Shown here: one piece after another, positions 40,029 through 55,899 of the stretch
How positions within the stretch are numbered: position 1 is the stretch's first letter
Layout: each line of letters starts with the position of its first letter
Assembly: GCA_002269645.1 (NCBI GenBank)
Contig: NIVC01002402.1
Span: 35,291 to 99,290, forward strand
Direction: 5' to 3'
DNA length: 64,000 bases
From: Macrostomum lignano
Taxonomy: Eukaryota
Made by a program: the position numbers and the translations under genes
The notes under the pieces: generated by a model
Database searches by the model: none
What the model was told of the DNA's origin: nothing
The model's input: only the letters and a program-made list of their open reading frames with translations

Positions 40029-40684
40029 GCCACGAGCTCATGCTAGAACGCCCAAGGTATGCTGTCTATAGCACTAACTTAGAGTACAGAGGCAGCAGAA
40101 GGCAGGGCCAGTAGTTTCTAAAAATAGCACAGTTTATAAGGGGGTGAGTTGGTTCTATCAAGCCTTCCTATATTCTGTGGGACAAACCCGCAATAAATGG
40201 CAAAGAATTGGTAAAGTGCCATTCAGCCTACTTAGTTTTTCTTTACAACAAGAGTAGCCAATATAGAATATCATTCTTGTGCAAGAAATTTTCTCAAAAT
40301 GTGAGATTTGCATTCTGTGTATATTCTGTGGGTAAGGTATAGATAAGGTAAGGTAGCTTCAAATTTTGGAAAAGATAGATATTGTAATAGATAGTCTATT
40401 CTAGATGAATGTTTTCAACAATAAAATCTACACAAATGTATCTATGATCTAGTTAAAAATGCAAGTTTACTAGCCGGATCATAGGGCTACTCTTTGGTAT
40501 AACCATAGGCCTAGTTTGTATTTTTGGCAAGTTATTTAAGTGACAGCTTATTAGGGATACACTTTAGGCTCCCACCATATTGCAAATATATCTCTTCAGT
40601 AATTGCCATGACTGTTTGCAAGTAGTTTCTGTTTGGTTTTCTAATTGTGGCCTATTATAACTGCAATACTAAACCTGGGTTGCA

Positions 40685-40798
40685 AATTCAGACAATTCAG
40701 ACTGGGGCAACACTTACAAACCACAGTTCAAAACATTCTGTCACCAAAGCAAGGTTTAGCCATAGACAAAATTGTCCCCAGTCTGAATTGTCTGAATT
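40685..40798. mobile_element. MITE-like element with a perfect 23-bp inverted repeat
   Basis: AATTCAGACAATTCAGACTGGGG (40685-40707) and CCCCAGTCTGAATTGTCTGAATT (40776-40798). Confidence 0.5.
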
Positions 40799-41451
40799 GA
40801 ATTTCTGCTAGTTTTTTTAGAACTGGACTTTGATCAAAATTGAATGTGGAAAGGTGTACTATAGGAATGAATAGTTTTTCATGCCCCCACACTAGACCCC
40901 CATAGCCCCATAGGGGGATAAACTAGTATCCCCATATCTTCCCCCTTGCCTATGCCATTGAATATTCCAATCCTTCTATGTTTTTTATGTCACTATGAGC
41001 AGAATGATATATCATTTGTGTATAAGTTACTTAGGCTCCATTATATAAATTGCTATTATTATTTAATATATTTTCTCCCATGTCTCTACTTTTTGGTAGG
41101 ATATCAAATAAAAGTTCCCTAATATAAATTTTATGAATGCAATGTTGATATTTTTACTATAAATAAAGTACTAAGAAAAAGTATATATAGAGTCAATAGT
41201 ATTAATGTGTCTTAAAATACTAATTATGCAGTATTTTATACTAGTCTGCAATTAAAACAATCTAGTCTAATGTATATGTATATAATATATATAAGTATAG
41301 GCATACTAATTTACTTATTGCTAGTTAATTGTCTAACAATACAACCCCAGTCTTCTCTGCTCAACATGTGTAATTTCTTGGACACTGGTATAATTTTTTG
41401 TGTTTCAAATTATTGCAATAAGTTTACCAAAAACACTACTTCATAATTTGA

Positions 41452-44692
<3,241 letters not shown>

Positions 44693-44809
44693 AGTCTTCG
44701 CTGGACTCGGGGCTGGGGGCGTGGAGAGATGCTGAACTGAGTATCTGAGCATGCTCTGAGCATTGCGCAGGATTTTGCATTCCTTTTACAGCAAATTTCG
44801 GATGTCAAA

Positions 44810-45590
44810 AGGGCGGATTTGGGGTTCCTACTGGGGCGGATTTGGGTTCCTACTGGGGGCGGGGCGGATTTAGGGTTCCTACTTAGGTGGATTTAGGGTT
44901 CCTACTGGGCGGATTTAGGGTTCCTACTGGGGGACGGATTTAGGGTTTTTACTGGTGCGAATTTCGAGTTCCTACTGGGGCGGGTTTAGGGTTCCTACTG
45001 GGCCGGATTTGGGGTTCCTACTGGGCGGATTTAGGGTTCCTACTGGGCCGGATTTGGGGTTCCTAGTGGGCGGATTTAGGGTTCCTACTGGGCGGATTTA
45101 GGGTTCCTACTGGGGGACGGATTTAGGGTTTTTACTGGTGCGGATTTCGAGTTCCTACTGGGGCGGGTTTAGGGTTCCTACTGGGCGGATTTAAGGTTCC
45201 TACTGGGCGGATTTAGGGTTCCTACTGGGGGACGGATTTAGGGTTCCTACTGGGCGGATTTAGGGTTTCTACTGGGGGACGGATTTAGGGTTTTTACTGG
45301 TGCGGATTTCGAGTTCCTACTGGGGCGGGTTTAGGGTTCCTACTGTGGCGGGTTTAGGGTTTCTACTGGGGCGGGTTTAGGGTTCCTACTGGGGGACGGA
45401 TTTAGGGTTCCTATTGGGGTGGGGGTGGTTTTAGGGTTCCTACTAGGGGGTGGGTTTAGGGTTCCTAATGGGGGCGGATTTAGGGTTTCTACTGGGGGCG
45501 GATTTAGGGTTCCTACTGGGGCGGATTTGGGGTTCCTTGGGGGCGGATTTAGGGTTCCTACTGGGGCGGATTTAGGGTTCCTAAGAGGAT
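44810..45590. repeat. ~22-25-bp G-rich minisatellite containing TTAGGG (GGGCGGATTTAGGGTTCCTACT)
   Basis: Direct reading. Confidence 0.93.
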
Positions 45591-46574
45591 CAGAGGATGA
45601 ATGAGAGGATTTCGAGTTCCTGTCACGTCTAGCATAGCGGATTTCGCAGCTCACTGCCGTCTGGGAATCTGCTAGTGTAGATTCTCTCGCTTTGAATCTG
45701 AGATCCTTTCTAGGATTCGTCCTTGAGCTGCTCTGTAAATCCCCATGGCAACATAATTTTGTTATGATATCTAGTTTCAGATTCCAAAACAGACCATTTT
45801 GATTGCATGTCAAATTGTTATTCAGTGATTGGAAATATGCATTGAAGCATTCTTTCCTTTAATTGTGAAATTTTGTTTTCTCGTAGTCCGTTTATAATTG
45901 ACAATCAAGGTGTACTGATATTTTAGTCTATAAACCATTTTGATTAGCCAAGACAGGTTTTATAGAATTTTAGTTGCTTATATAAGAAATCTTATGTAGC
46001 CTTAGCATAATTGAGTATAAAATATTTATCCACCCTAGCCTGTAGTTAGAGCCTTATCGCATAGATACCTGTTGATTGAAATTTCTTATACGAGTATTTG
46101 GGTCAAGGACCACTGGTAGCAACTGTTGCACCTGTTGTCCTTGATTTCTGTATGGTGCTGTGCATTGATTTTGTTAGTTAATAAACTGTATTGAAATGAT
46201 ACTCTTTAAACAGATTAATCAGCCGTGAATTATGTGGACTTAGCGACTATTACTCGTAGTTGTGTTGGATTGGTTATTATATTTTTTTAAATCTAGGAGG
46301 CTTGTGCGGCATAGAGGTGACGACAAAGTTAGTCGCGTATGTAAATAATAAACACCGTTTAATTCACATTCTGTGGTTAGAATTCTCTGAGTTATTTTTA
46401 GAGTTTCTGCTGAGTCCCTGGACGAAGCTGCTCTAAAAAAAAGCGAAAAAAGTTGAGTATGAGTATGCTAAGTTTTGTTGTTATGTCAGTTGTGTTTGTT
46501 GCTAAATATACTTTTGGCTTGTTCACTTCAATGTTCCATATAATGCTCCTGATTTCGAGGAGATTATGTAAATA

Positions 46575-46719
46575 ATAAACGCCGTTTAATTCACATTCTG
46601 TGGTTAGAATGTCCGAGGCTGCGTTTAATGGTCTCGAGGCGAGCGTAGCGAGCCGAGGACCATTGATTGCAGCCGAGGATATTCTAACTATAGACTATGA
46701 TGAATTAAACGGCGTTTAT
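46575..46719. mobile_element. MITE-like element with perfect 19-bp terminal inverted repeats
   Basis: ATAAACGCCGTTTAATTCA (46575-46593) and TGAATTAAACGGCGTTTAT (46701-46719). A partial left-end copy lies at ~46341-46383. Confidence 0.6.
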
Positions 46720-46760
46720 CATATATTAAATTCGACTGCTCCTGATTTCGAGGAGATTAT

Positions 46761-46954
46761 AGGCCGTATGCAGAAAGCTCTGTCTAAGGTAGTCCGGTCT
46801 TGAAAAGCTAGTCTGGACTTGGATTTGGTATGCAGAAACACAAAGTTAGACCGGTCTACTATAGACAGAACTAAGGTAGCTAGACCATAGACTATAGACT
46901 GAACTACCCAAGTCCGGACTAGCTAGTCTGGACTAGGCTTTATACATACGGCCT
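46761..46954. mobile_element. MITE-like element, 194 bp, with 18-bp imperfect TIRs and an apparent TAT target-site duplication
   Basis: AGGCCGTATGCAGAAAGC and GCTTTATACATACGGCCT (16/18 match as inverted repeats); TAT immediately outside both ends. Confidence 0.6.
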
Positions 46955-47691
46955 TATATGATATAATATCCTAGTTTTTGTTAAAAATTACCACAGACAA
47001 CACATTCCCGGCTCAGAATAGTACAATTTTTTAACGATTAAATAAGCAATCGTATTTTATATGATATAGCTCGTAGTATCCAAAAATTACCATAGACAAC
47101 ACATTCCCGGCTCAGAATAGTACAGTTTTTAACTAATAAATAAGCAATCGTAGTTTATATTTTCCTGCACAAGCCCAGTATGATGTGAACACGTGCAGAA
47201 TCCAAAGGTACTTTTGACGTCTTGACCAAGTTTACGGCATTTTGTGTGCAAGTGAGTTCCTGCATTTGAAAAAAGCATCCATTTATTTCGGCTGGTTAAA
47301 AGATCCAGCTTAAACTGGTTCGATAGTTCGTCAGAGCAGCAGTTGGTCGGCAAGAGACGAGGGTTAAAAGGGGCAGCATTTTACACGAGTAAGTAGTTAG
47401 TGTCTAGCATTGCTAAAGCGTGGTGTATAAATAGTGCTAATTGGTTTAATTGGTACAGAACATACTGATAAAATGTTTGATAACAAGTTAATTAAATATG
47501 AATAATGCTACAGCGCTACTCATCGATTAACACTATGCATACTCAAAGAAAAAACACTGCTAGATTGCCGAACGCTTCACAGCGCGTAATTCTGAAATTA
47601 TGATTAGAAGCTACTCATGTTTTCTCAGTTCTGGTGAAGTTGGGATCCAAATCCGCCATTCGCGGTGCCACTCCAGCAGCCATCATTTCAG

Positions 47692-50600
47692 TCAGTCTTC
47701 GTCGCGGCTTCTTGCCAGGCTGTGCGAGAAGCACGAACTGCAGCACTGGGCCTGCGCGTATTCACAGGCTCGTGCATCATTCTGGAGCACCAGGCTGCAG
47801 TATTCAGCGTCCTGGTCCAAGCAGTCCGGCGGCGGTGTATCGGCTGAATTTCAAGATATACGTTGTGTTTTTCAATTTGTTTTCTCAGTTATTTAAGCTG
47901 AGTCGTCCAAAAGTTTGTTGAGCAGAATTTGCTTACCCGAGATGCACTCCGTCTGGAACTTGGTGCAATCGTTGATGTCTAGGCAGAATGGCCGGCAGAC
48001 CTGGCCTTTATTGCAGGTGTTGTCCTGGCACGGGTTGATGCACTGGCAGGTTGAACAGGTTTTATTGTCCCTCTGGTATCCATAGCGACACCTGGTGTCG
48101 CACTGAACATCGCCACATTCTGCAAATGTTGACAGTTTTGATTCTGATGCGTCCCGAACGATGATGACCTTCTTGTCTTGGGAATCTTGTGTGCTTTTAC
48201 GAGAGTTTTAATCCTATTGCTTAGCAGAGGATATTTTCAGTGGGTAGCATTTCAGTGTCGAAAGGACACTCACGGGACATCACAGTGACGGTAACTCGCT
48301 CAGACTCCACTGTCTCGAACTGGTTCGTGACCCGCAGGAAGTACCTCCCACTGTGCGACAGCTTCAGCGGGTCCAAGTCCAAAGACATGCCGGTGCCGAG
48401 AGGCGCAGCGGTTGCGACTGATCCGTTGGTTGAAGACTCGCTCTGCTGCACCTCCTTGAACCAGAGATACAAGAAGGGTGCCGGGTACCCCGCTTTTAGC
48501 TGGCTCTGCAGCCGGATGCGACCGCCTTCCTCAGTTTTGCCGGCCGGACTGATGACTTCAACGGCTGCCCGCAGTGGCTCGCGGAATTCAATACTCGTCT
48601 TGGCCTGGACCGGCGGCCCGGCCTCGTTCTCGGCTTTGCAGGTGTACTCAGCCACTGCGGCGGGGCCGACTGTCAGATTCAGTGTGTCGGCCTGCGTTCG
48701 TTTTGAGTTTCGAGTGTTTGTTTTATCTACGGCTATCTATGTGGAATAGAAGCAGAGTGTGCTAGAAGCAAACTCACTATTTCCCCTGGAATCGTCTGAT
48801 CGTACTTCAACCAGCGGATTTCCGGCTTTGGCTTCCCAGTAGCGTTGCAGATCAGCTGGATTTGTTCGCCCCGCACCAGCAGCGGCTGCTCGGGCGCCTC
48901 GAGGCTCAGGATGGTCGCGGGCACCTGAACTGCCAGACTGATCTTGCGCGCGGCTTGGCCCTCTGAGTTGTAAGCGGAGCATTCGTATTCGCCCGAGTCG
49001 GATTCCGTGACTTGGCGCAACTTCAGTTTCTGGCCATCGATGCGGACTCGCTGGTCTTGCACCACCGGCCGGTTGTCCTTGAGCCACATCACAGTAGGCT
49101 TTGGCACCGCCAAGAAGCCGCAGTCCAATTTCAGTCGAACGCCCTCGAGCACGACGATGCTCTGCATAGGGCTGGGAAACTTGCTTTTGGGAGCGAACGG
49201 CGGGCAGTTAGTCAGACTCGGGTTGTCCGCCGTAGTCTCTCCGTCCGGGCAGCAGCCGTGGGGCGTCTTGTCGCACGGGACCTGCGGCGGCCGATTTGTT
49301 GTCGGCGGCGGCGGCGTCACGTAGGGATTCTGGCAGGAGCGGCCTTGGGCGCAGCCGCTCTGGCAGCACTTTTGCCTCTCGTCCGGGCAGTCGAGGTCAA
49401 AGTCGCACTGGCGCTCGCAGGCGTCGCCAGAGATTTTCAGCGGCGGACAGTCGCCCGGCGAGTCACTGCGGAGTTTTTCGTTGAAAATTGGCTGAATGCA
49501 AGGGATTCATAACTGCCTACCATTGAAGCCGCGAAATTCTATTAGAACTTCAGCACTAAGTAGTGAAAATGGTGAAATAGTATATACTACTTTTTATTCT
49601 TCACCTCAGGAGTAATATCTACGGCTTTTTATTTCGACTTTCGATAAGCAAGCTGATTGAGTGTAGAGTGTAGAGATTGAGAAACAAGCTGGTGAGTGTA
49701 GCCCTAGCAGAATGCAATCCAACAAAATAGATATGCCAGCTTAACTACTCAGATGAAAACTCACACGCTAAACACTTTGCATTGACCTCGGAGCACTGCT
49801 CATCGTTGCAGCTGGCCTTGCAGCGCTCGGTTGGCGGGCATTTTCCCTCGCAAGGATCAAAGCATCGGCAGATGAGGCAGCCGCTGCTGTCCAGCTGCTG
49901 AACGCTGCGCTTGTACTTGCAGTCTGTCGGGCATGGCGAGCTGGTTGGGCACTCTGAAATAATTAATGCGGACTTTAGCGGAGCGGCCTTTCATCACTTT
50001 AAAAAATCGTGACAACAGTTTTCGCGATGAATCCAAGCCTCAATCTCTTTAAAACTACTTCAATACAGTTTAGAAGCACATATAGAAGTACTGAGTCAGA
50101 CAACGGCTTACTCTTCGTCGCCACTGGACAGGCGCTCTCGCAAGCCGAGCGGCTCCAGAAGGCGGCACCGCGCAGCTCCGTGTCGCCGCAGAATTCAAGC
50201 GCCGATTGGAAGACTTCGCAGCTGAATGTCTCTTTCTTGAACACGAACACCTTTTGGAGCTTTCCGTCCGGACAAGAGGCCGCTGGCGTTTTGGTAACCA
50301 CTTCAGGTGACTCTGATAGGCACTTCTCCATGCCGAAAGTTGTTGTCGGCGTCGGTGCTTCCATGGCTGTTGTGGTTGGATCAGATGTCGTTGTAGTGGC
50401 GCTTGTCGTGGTGGCTAGTAGGCGAGCTGCGGTGGGTGCGGCCGAGCGAGCGGAAGCCTTCCCGCGCGGCCTTCGCATCTTGACGACTCGGCTGGCTCTG
50501 CACTGCTCCTTGCATTGCTCCCCACTGGCAAACAGGTTCCGACTGCCGCCGCAGCCATTATAGGTGAACTCGTAACAATTTTTGGTGCTACCTCGGTAAA

Positions 50601-53600
50601 AGTACATTACCTTTCGTGAGACTTCCGGGGTCTGTCCGGGGCAGATCTGGCCGTGAGACGGTGGGTACAAACAGGGATCCCTTTGCAGCTGGTCCTCGCA
50701 CATGTTTTTGCACTCGCTCATCGTTAAGAAGCGATTTCGATTGCCAAGGCAGCCACCGTATGTCATCTCCTCACAGGCGCCCGTCGTCTGATTAAAGTAG
50801 TATCGCTTCAGGTTGGCCTTGCAAGGGCCGGGGTCGCTCTCCAGAAAGCAGATTAGGTGTCTCTTTTCCGGATAGCAGAAGCTCTTGCATTCGTCCACGA
50901 TTTGAAGAAGTTCATGCCGATTCCGTGTCTACCCATGGACTGGTAGCAGTTGAAAGTTTTATAATCAAAGTAGAATCCTTGTCCCTGGCTATTGGCAGTA
51001 TTCCGAGTTTCGGTTTCGGCGCTCGGCGGTGTTGGAGCGTCTTTGGGCAGCTGGCAGCGTCCTGCATCATGTCCAAGGCCATCCAGCTGCCGCTACAAAG
51101 CTTCTGGTGCGCTTCGCACAGGCTTCCGGGTGAACATGCCGGTGCTGTGCTCTGGCACAAAGGCTGTCGGCTCGAGTCTGGGGGGATCAGAGTTCAATTA
51201 TTGTGCCATTGAAACCGAGCCTAGTTTGCGTCAAACTGAAATAAACTGATTGAAATTGCTTCTTAGATATAAGAACTACATGTAGCAAATTAATAGCCAG
51301 ACGATATTGTACTTAAACTACTACTATTCATAAGCACCCTTCCTTCCTACTGTAGTTCCTGCAGGCGTAATGACAGTCCTCGCCAGTCTCGAAGTTGTTC
51401 CCGTTGCCACCGCAGCCAGTGTATTTAAACGTGCGGCATTCATCCTTCGTTGGGTCGTAAAAGTACCTTAACAGTCGTTTTCCGTCCGTCATAGGACAGG
51501 AGCCAGCGGACGGTGGCAGTCTGCAGACGCTGCCTTCGACTAGGAGTGGCGGCTGATCATCCGCTGTCGGCAGTCGGCTGCTGTTCAGCGACGCTCGGGG
51601 CGGCGGCGCTGTAGCTGCCGCTACAACGCAAGTCTTTCGGCAGTCGGCCTCATCAAAGAACGATTTTTGTTGCCATGACAACCGGAATAGCTGAACGGCT
51701 GGCATTTGAGCTGCTCCGAGTCGTAGTAGTAGCGGAGCAGCTTTTTCCCTTGGAATTCGCACGAGCCGGGATCTCGCGGAAGGCTGCAGAGCTCTGCAAC
51801 AACAAGTTTCATTCGAATGGTTTGGAACGTTACCGGTTCCACAGAGGCGAGGGGAGCCGTGGCCCGACTATTGCCCTGCGATTTTTGTGCCAGGTTGAAG
51901 TTGGTAAACAGTGACCACTGTTTCTCTCTTACTAATTTCGGCATTCTACTTGTTTGCCTGTGTTTAGATTCCTACATCGTGTCTCCATCCTTAAAGCAGA
52001 GATTTTTAGCTGCTTTGTTCAACACTGCATGCTTAAATATGGTTGTGTGCCCTTCATTCCGGGAGCCATTGATCTTGTCTCTGTATCTGCCTCCGTTTCC
52101 TATGCTTCCCATCGACAGATGGCAAACAACCTGGCCATCCAAAGTAAGAGGTAGAACTGTGATGGACCCAGACCTGCAACAGAGCGGGGCAGACAGAACT
52201 TCTGACACTCCTCCAGGGAAGCAAAACTGTTGCTGACAACCTCCGTGCCGCACGCTTGCCGACTGATGCACTGCTTTGTTTGCTCGTTGTAGAAGTACTT
52301 CTTCTCTCGGAACGGACAAAATGTGCCGTCCTTCTCGGATTTGAAAACGGCAAAGCATCGATCTGGAATCGGAAGTCACGTTGGCTTCAATTTAAGTTGT
52401 CGATTCAGCGTTTAGTTATAATGCGCAAATTGGCTCGCACCCTGAATGACACTGTCAGTTGCGGGCCGCACACACAGGTCGCTGCAAGCTTGCTTCTGCT
52501 GGAAGAACTTGGTCTCTCCCAGCCTGCTGCACTCGGCCGTGTCCTTGAGCACAGCTTGGATGCAGGTGCCGATCTTCTTCACGTAGTAGTAAACAAGAGA
52601 ACTACTTGAGTACTTCGAACTGTCGTAGTCGATGCAATCCGTTGCCTCCTCGAACGAGCAGTTGATGTTGCTGCTTTCTAACGAAGTTGATTTAATGCAA
52701 CGTGACTCATTAGTGTCCCTAGTGCATTTTTCCCACAACCCAAGTCATTCATTTGCTTTGTATGCATGTAAGCTCGTAGCAGTGAAGAACCCACCAAGCA
52801 AAAATAGCAAGGTTGGCGAAACTCACGTTCAAAGCGTCTCTGACAAGAATTCTCACATGACTCTATGGAGTCGAAGCGGTTCGAGGAGCCAGCGCTACCG
52901 TAGTAGTTGTAGGGCATGCAGCGACCTTGATTGGGCTGGTAGCCATAGACTGTGATGGCTCTCGAGTCTGACATCCCGTTGATGTGATCGCCTTGACTTG
53001 TCTCCTGACGACATGGCTCGAAATCTAGGAAATATTAACATTATACAGAAATAGCTTTTAGTCTACAGATTACTAATACTAATTATTTTTATTAGAACAC
53101 CCTTACTTAATATTGGCATCGAATCGCTGGGTGTTGGTTGACTGGTTGGTACAAGCGGGTTGAGCTGACCAGCGCTTCTTCCGCTTCCAGTCTCGTTCTG
53201 CCGTCCTCGAGATCCTGGAGGCGTATTCATTGTAGTTATTACCCTACTCCCTGATTCCGTTGTTGCCATGGATTCCTTAGTTGGTTCCTCTGTTTTAGTC
53301 GTTGGTTCCTCAGTTGTAGTCGTTGGTTCCTCAGTTGTAGTCGTTGGTTCCTCAGTTGTAGTAGTTGGTTCCTCCGTTGTAGTCGTTTGTTCCTCAGTTG
53401 TAGTAGTTGGTTCCTCCGTTGTAGTCGTTGGTTCCTCCGTTGTAGTCGTTGGTTCCTCCGTTGTAGTCGTTGGTTCCTCAGTTGTAGTCGTTAGTTCCTC
53501 AGTTTGTAGTTAGTTCCTCAGTTGTAGTCGTTGGTTCCTCAGTTGTAGTAGTTGGTTCCTCAATTGTTGTCGTTGGTTCTTCAGTTGTAGTCGTTAGTTC

Positions 53601-54455
53601 CTCAGTTGTAGTAGTTGGTTCCTCAGTTGTAGTAGTTGGTTCCTCAGTTGTAGTAGTTGGTTCCTCAGTTGTAGTAGTTGGTTCCTCAGTTGTAGTAGTT
53701 GGTTCCTCAGTTGTAGTAGTTGGTTCCTCAGTTGTTGTCGTTGGTTCCTCAGTTGTAGTAGTTGGTTCCTCAGTTGTAGTAGTTGGTTCCTCAGTTGTAG
53801 TAGTTGGTTCCTCAATTGTTGTCGTTGGTTCTTCAGTTGTAGTCGTTGGTTCCTCAGTTGTAGTAGTTGGTTCCTCAATTGTTGTCGTTGGTTCTTCAGT
53901 TGTAGTCGTTGGTTCCTCAGTTGTAGTAGTTGGTTCCTCAGTTGTAGTAGTTGGTTCCTCAGTTGTAGTAGTTGGTTCCTCAGTTGTAGTCGTTGGTTCT
54001 TCAGTTGTAGTCGTTGGTTCCTCAGTTGTAGTCGTTGGTTCCTCAGTTGTAGTCGTTGGTCCGTCGTTTGTCGTTAATTCTTCTGTTGCTATTGGCTGTT
54101 CAGTTGTTTGTTCCTCATTTATCGCTGGCTGCATAACTTGTGTTGTACCTGCTACTCCTGAAGTTTCAGTTTGATCTGAAATATTATAAAAAATTATAGT
54201 TTGTATCTTTAAGCATCTCATAGATGCACATGGCACTGAAATAGATGTTAGAAAAATATTTTAGATTCAATAAGAGAACTTTCTCCAAAAGCGTCTACTC
54301 ATTGTGATGCGGGTAAGTTGAAGCGGGTGCGGATCTTGAACTATAGATAATTTATTACCCGTTTGAGCTTCTGCAGCAGCAATTGTCGTCAGCAGCACTA
54401 GAACAAGCGCCGCAGCCGCCCCAGTAGCAAACGGAGTTCTGTTCCGGACCGTCAT
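47692..54455 (-). CDS. Papilin/lacunin-like extracellular protein: signal, mucin-like EEPTTTT repeat, multiple Kunitz domains, antistasin-like, WAP, papilin-type GCCPDG repeat, Ig domains, antistasin-like, C-terminal PLAC; four apparent frameshifts in this assembly
   Basis: Signal exon 54455-54359; mucin exon 54175-53107; Kunitz exons from 53024 down to ~50100; CPTSSPCPTDCKYK...GCLICRCFDPC; WAP PGDCPP...C..DLDCP..QKCCQSGC; CDKTPHGCCPDG; Ig motifs (LDC...W...DSGEYECSAYN, YTCKAEN); last exon 47843-47692 CLDQDAEYCSLV...C...CCSSC..*. Confidence 0.85.
53275..54060 (-). repeat. Coding 21-bp repeat (EEPTTTT)n, a mucin-like O-glycosylation tract
   Basis: Direct reading and translation. Confidence 0.95.
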
Positions 54456-55899
54456 GGGTCCCTTGGCTCAGGCTTAATGAAGGGCGGGCGGCACCAAATC
54501 TGCGCGGCAAAGTGGAAAAGAAAAGCGTCTGGGTTTGATGAGGCGGTTTTCAATTGCTTTCCGGATGTAAAGAACCGAATCGAAGTGGAGGGTGCAGAGA
54601 CGGTACGGCTGAAGTCTTTAAACCCGCGCTCCGTATTGCGGAAAGAAATGTAGAGGAGAGGGTGGGGGCTTCAGACTGGGAATTGATCGCCACCGCAACA
54701 GGCACTGGTTGGCCAATAAAAGTCTCGAGAGCCTTCCGTTTACAAATTTTCCTGCATGGCCACGGTACCTGTGAAGGCAGGGTAGAACGGGGATCAGAAC
54801 CAATAGGATCTGAGGCTTACCTGGCTTTCCCATGGCATAGTTCTTAAATATTAGCGAAGACCCTTGGTATAAACCTGTCTTCTCGGCGAGTGACGTAATA
54901 ACACAGCAGCCCAAGGAGAGTGGCGGATCTGTTTTAATGTTGCATAACCAGTCAGCTTTTCCATGGATTGCCTCCAAGACCACAATAGTTTTGCTTTTCT
55001 TTGGAAATGCTAATCAAGCAATGCGGAGGCCGAGATTTTATCTACGAATTCGGGCTGAAAGAGAGCGGAGCAGTCAATCAAGATGAAGCTGTTCGGAATG
55101 CAGGATTGCATTCGGTTGCATTCCAAGTTGCTACCCGCCTGATTTCGCCTCCTCGGTAACGAGGGCGGACGGAACCGCTGTGAGCGGCAAGGAACTGGCG
55201 GTTGGGCTGCTGCCTCGCACCGCTTCATCATAAATCCAGCAGTGTAGCAACTGGCATCTTCGGGCGGACCCAGGAGGAGTCATATAACTGCCGAACGTTC
55301 AGCTGGTCGGAAAATGTCATCCCAGTTTTAGTGTACTTGTACCACAGTTCCCGTCTGACAGCCTTCAAGTTTACACTTTAATCGGAGGCTGATGCTCGAG
55401 TCCCAGCTGTCAAGGCAGCTTGTCTACGCGATAAAAGCCTATTGATGCGTGAGAGAATTTTCGGATAGAGTCTGATTTGATGACTTACAGAAGTTCGCTA
55501 TGCACTTTCGGGCACTTGTACTGACGCGGCCAGGTCAGAACGCGTCGAAACTTTCATAGGGCGTAGACCTTCGCAAGGATTGCCATGTGATACTGCAGTA
55601 TAGTTGTCAAAATTTATGTCCGTGTATGCTCTTTAAATGCGCAGGTTGCAATCTGACCTACTTGACAGTAGCAAGACAGAAATGCGCAGTCACCCGAACT
55701 TCACCGAATCGTTTACTTACGGATCTGGTCCAACTACCAGGTCTATACAAAGGTCTACTACTACAAAGGTCTATATGGGTTAGGGTTAGGGTCGCTGGGG
55801 CGCTGATTGCTAGTTTATCCTGAAAGCATTATTTTTATTACACCTGCCCTAACGGGCAGATTTGCAACCGACAGCTCAGCCGCAGCTATTGCGCGGCGC

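Noticed and set aside
54554-55823. Short ORFs between the papilin-like and coiled-coil genes
   Set aside because: Mostly non-ATG starts, no motifs and no splice partners; treated as intergenic or promoter DNA.
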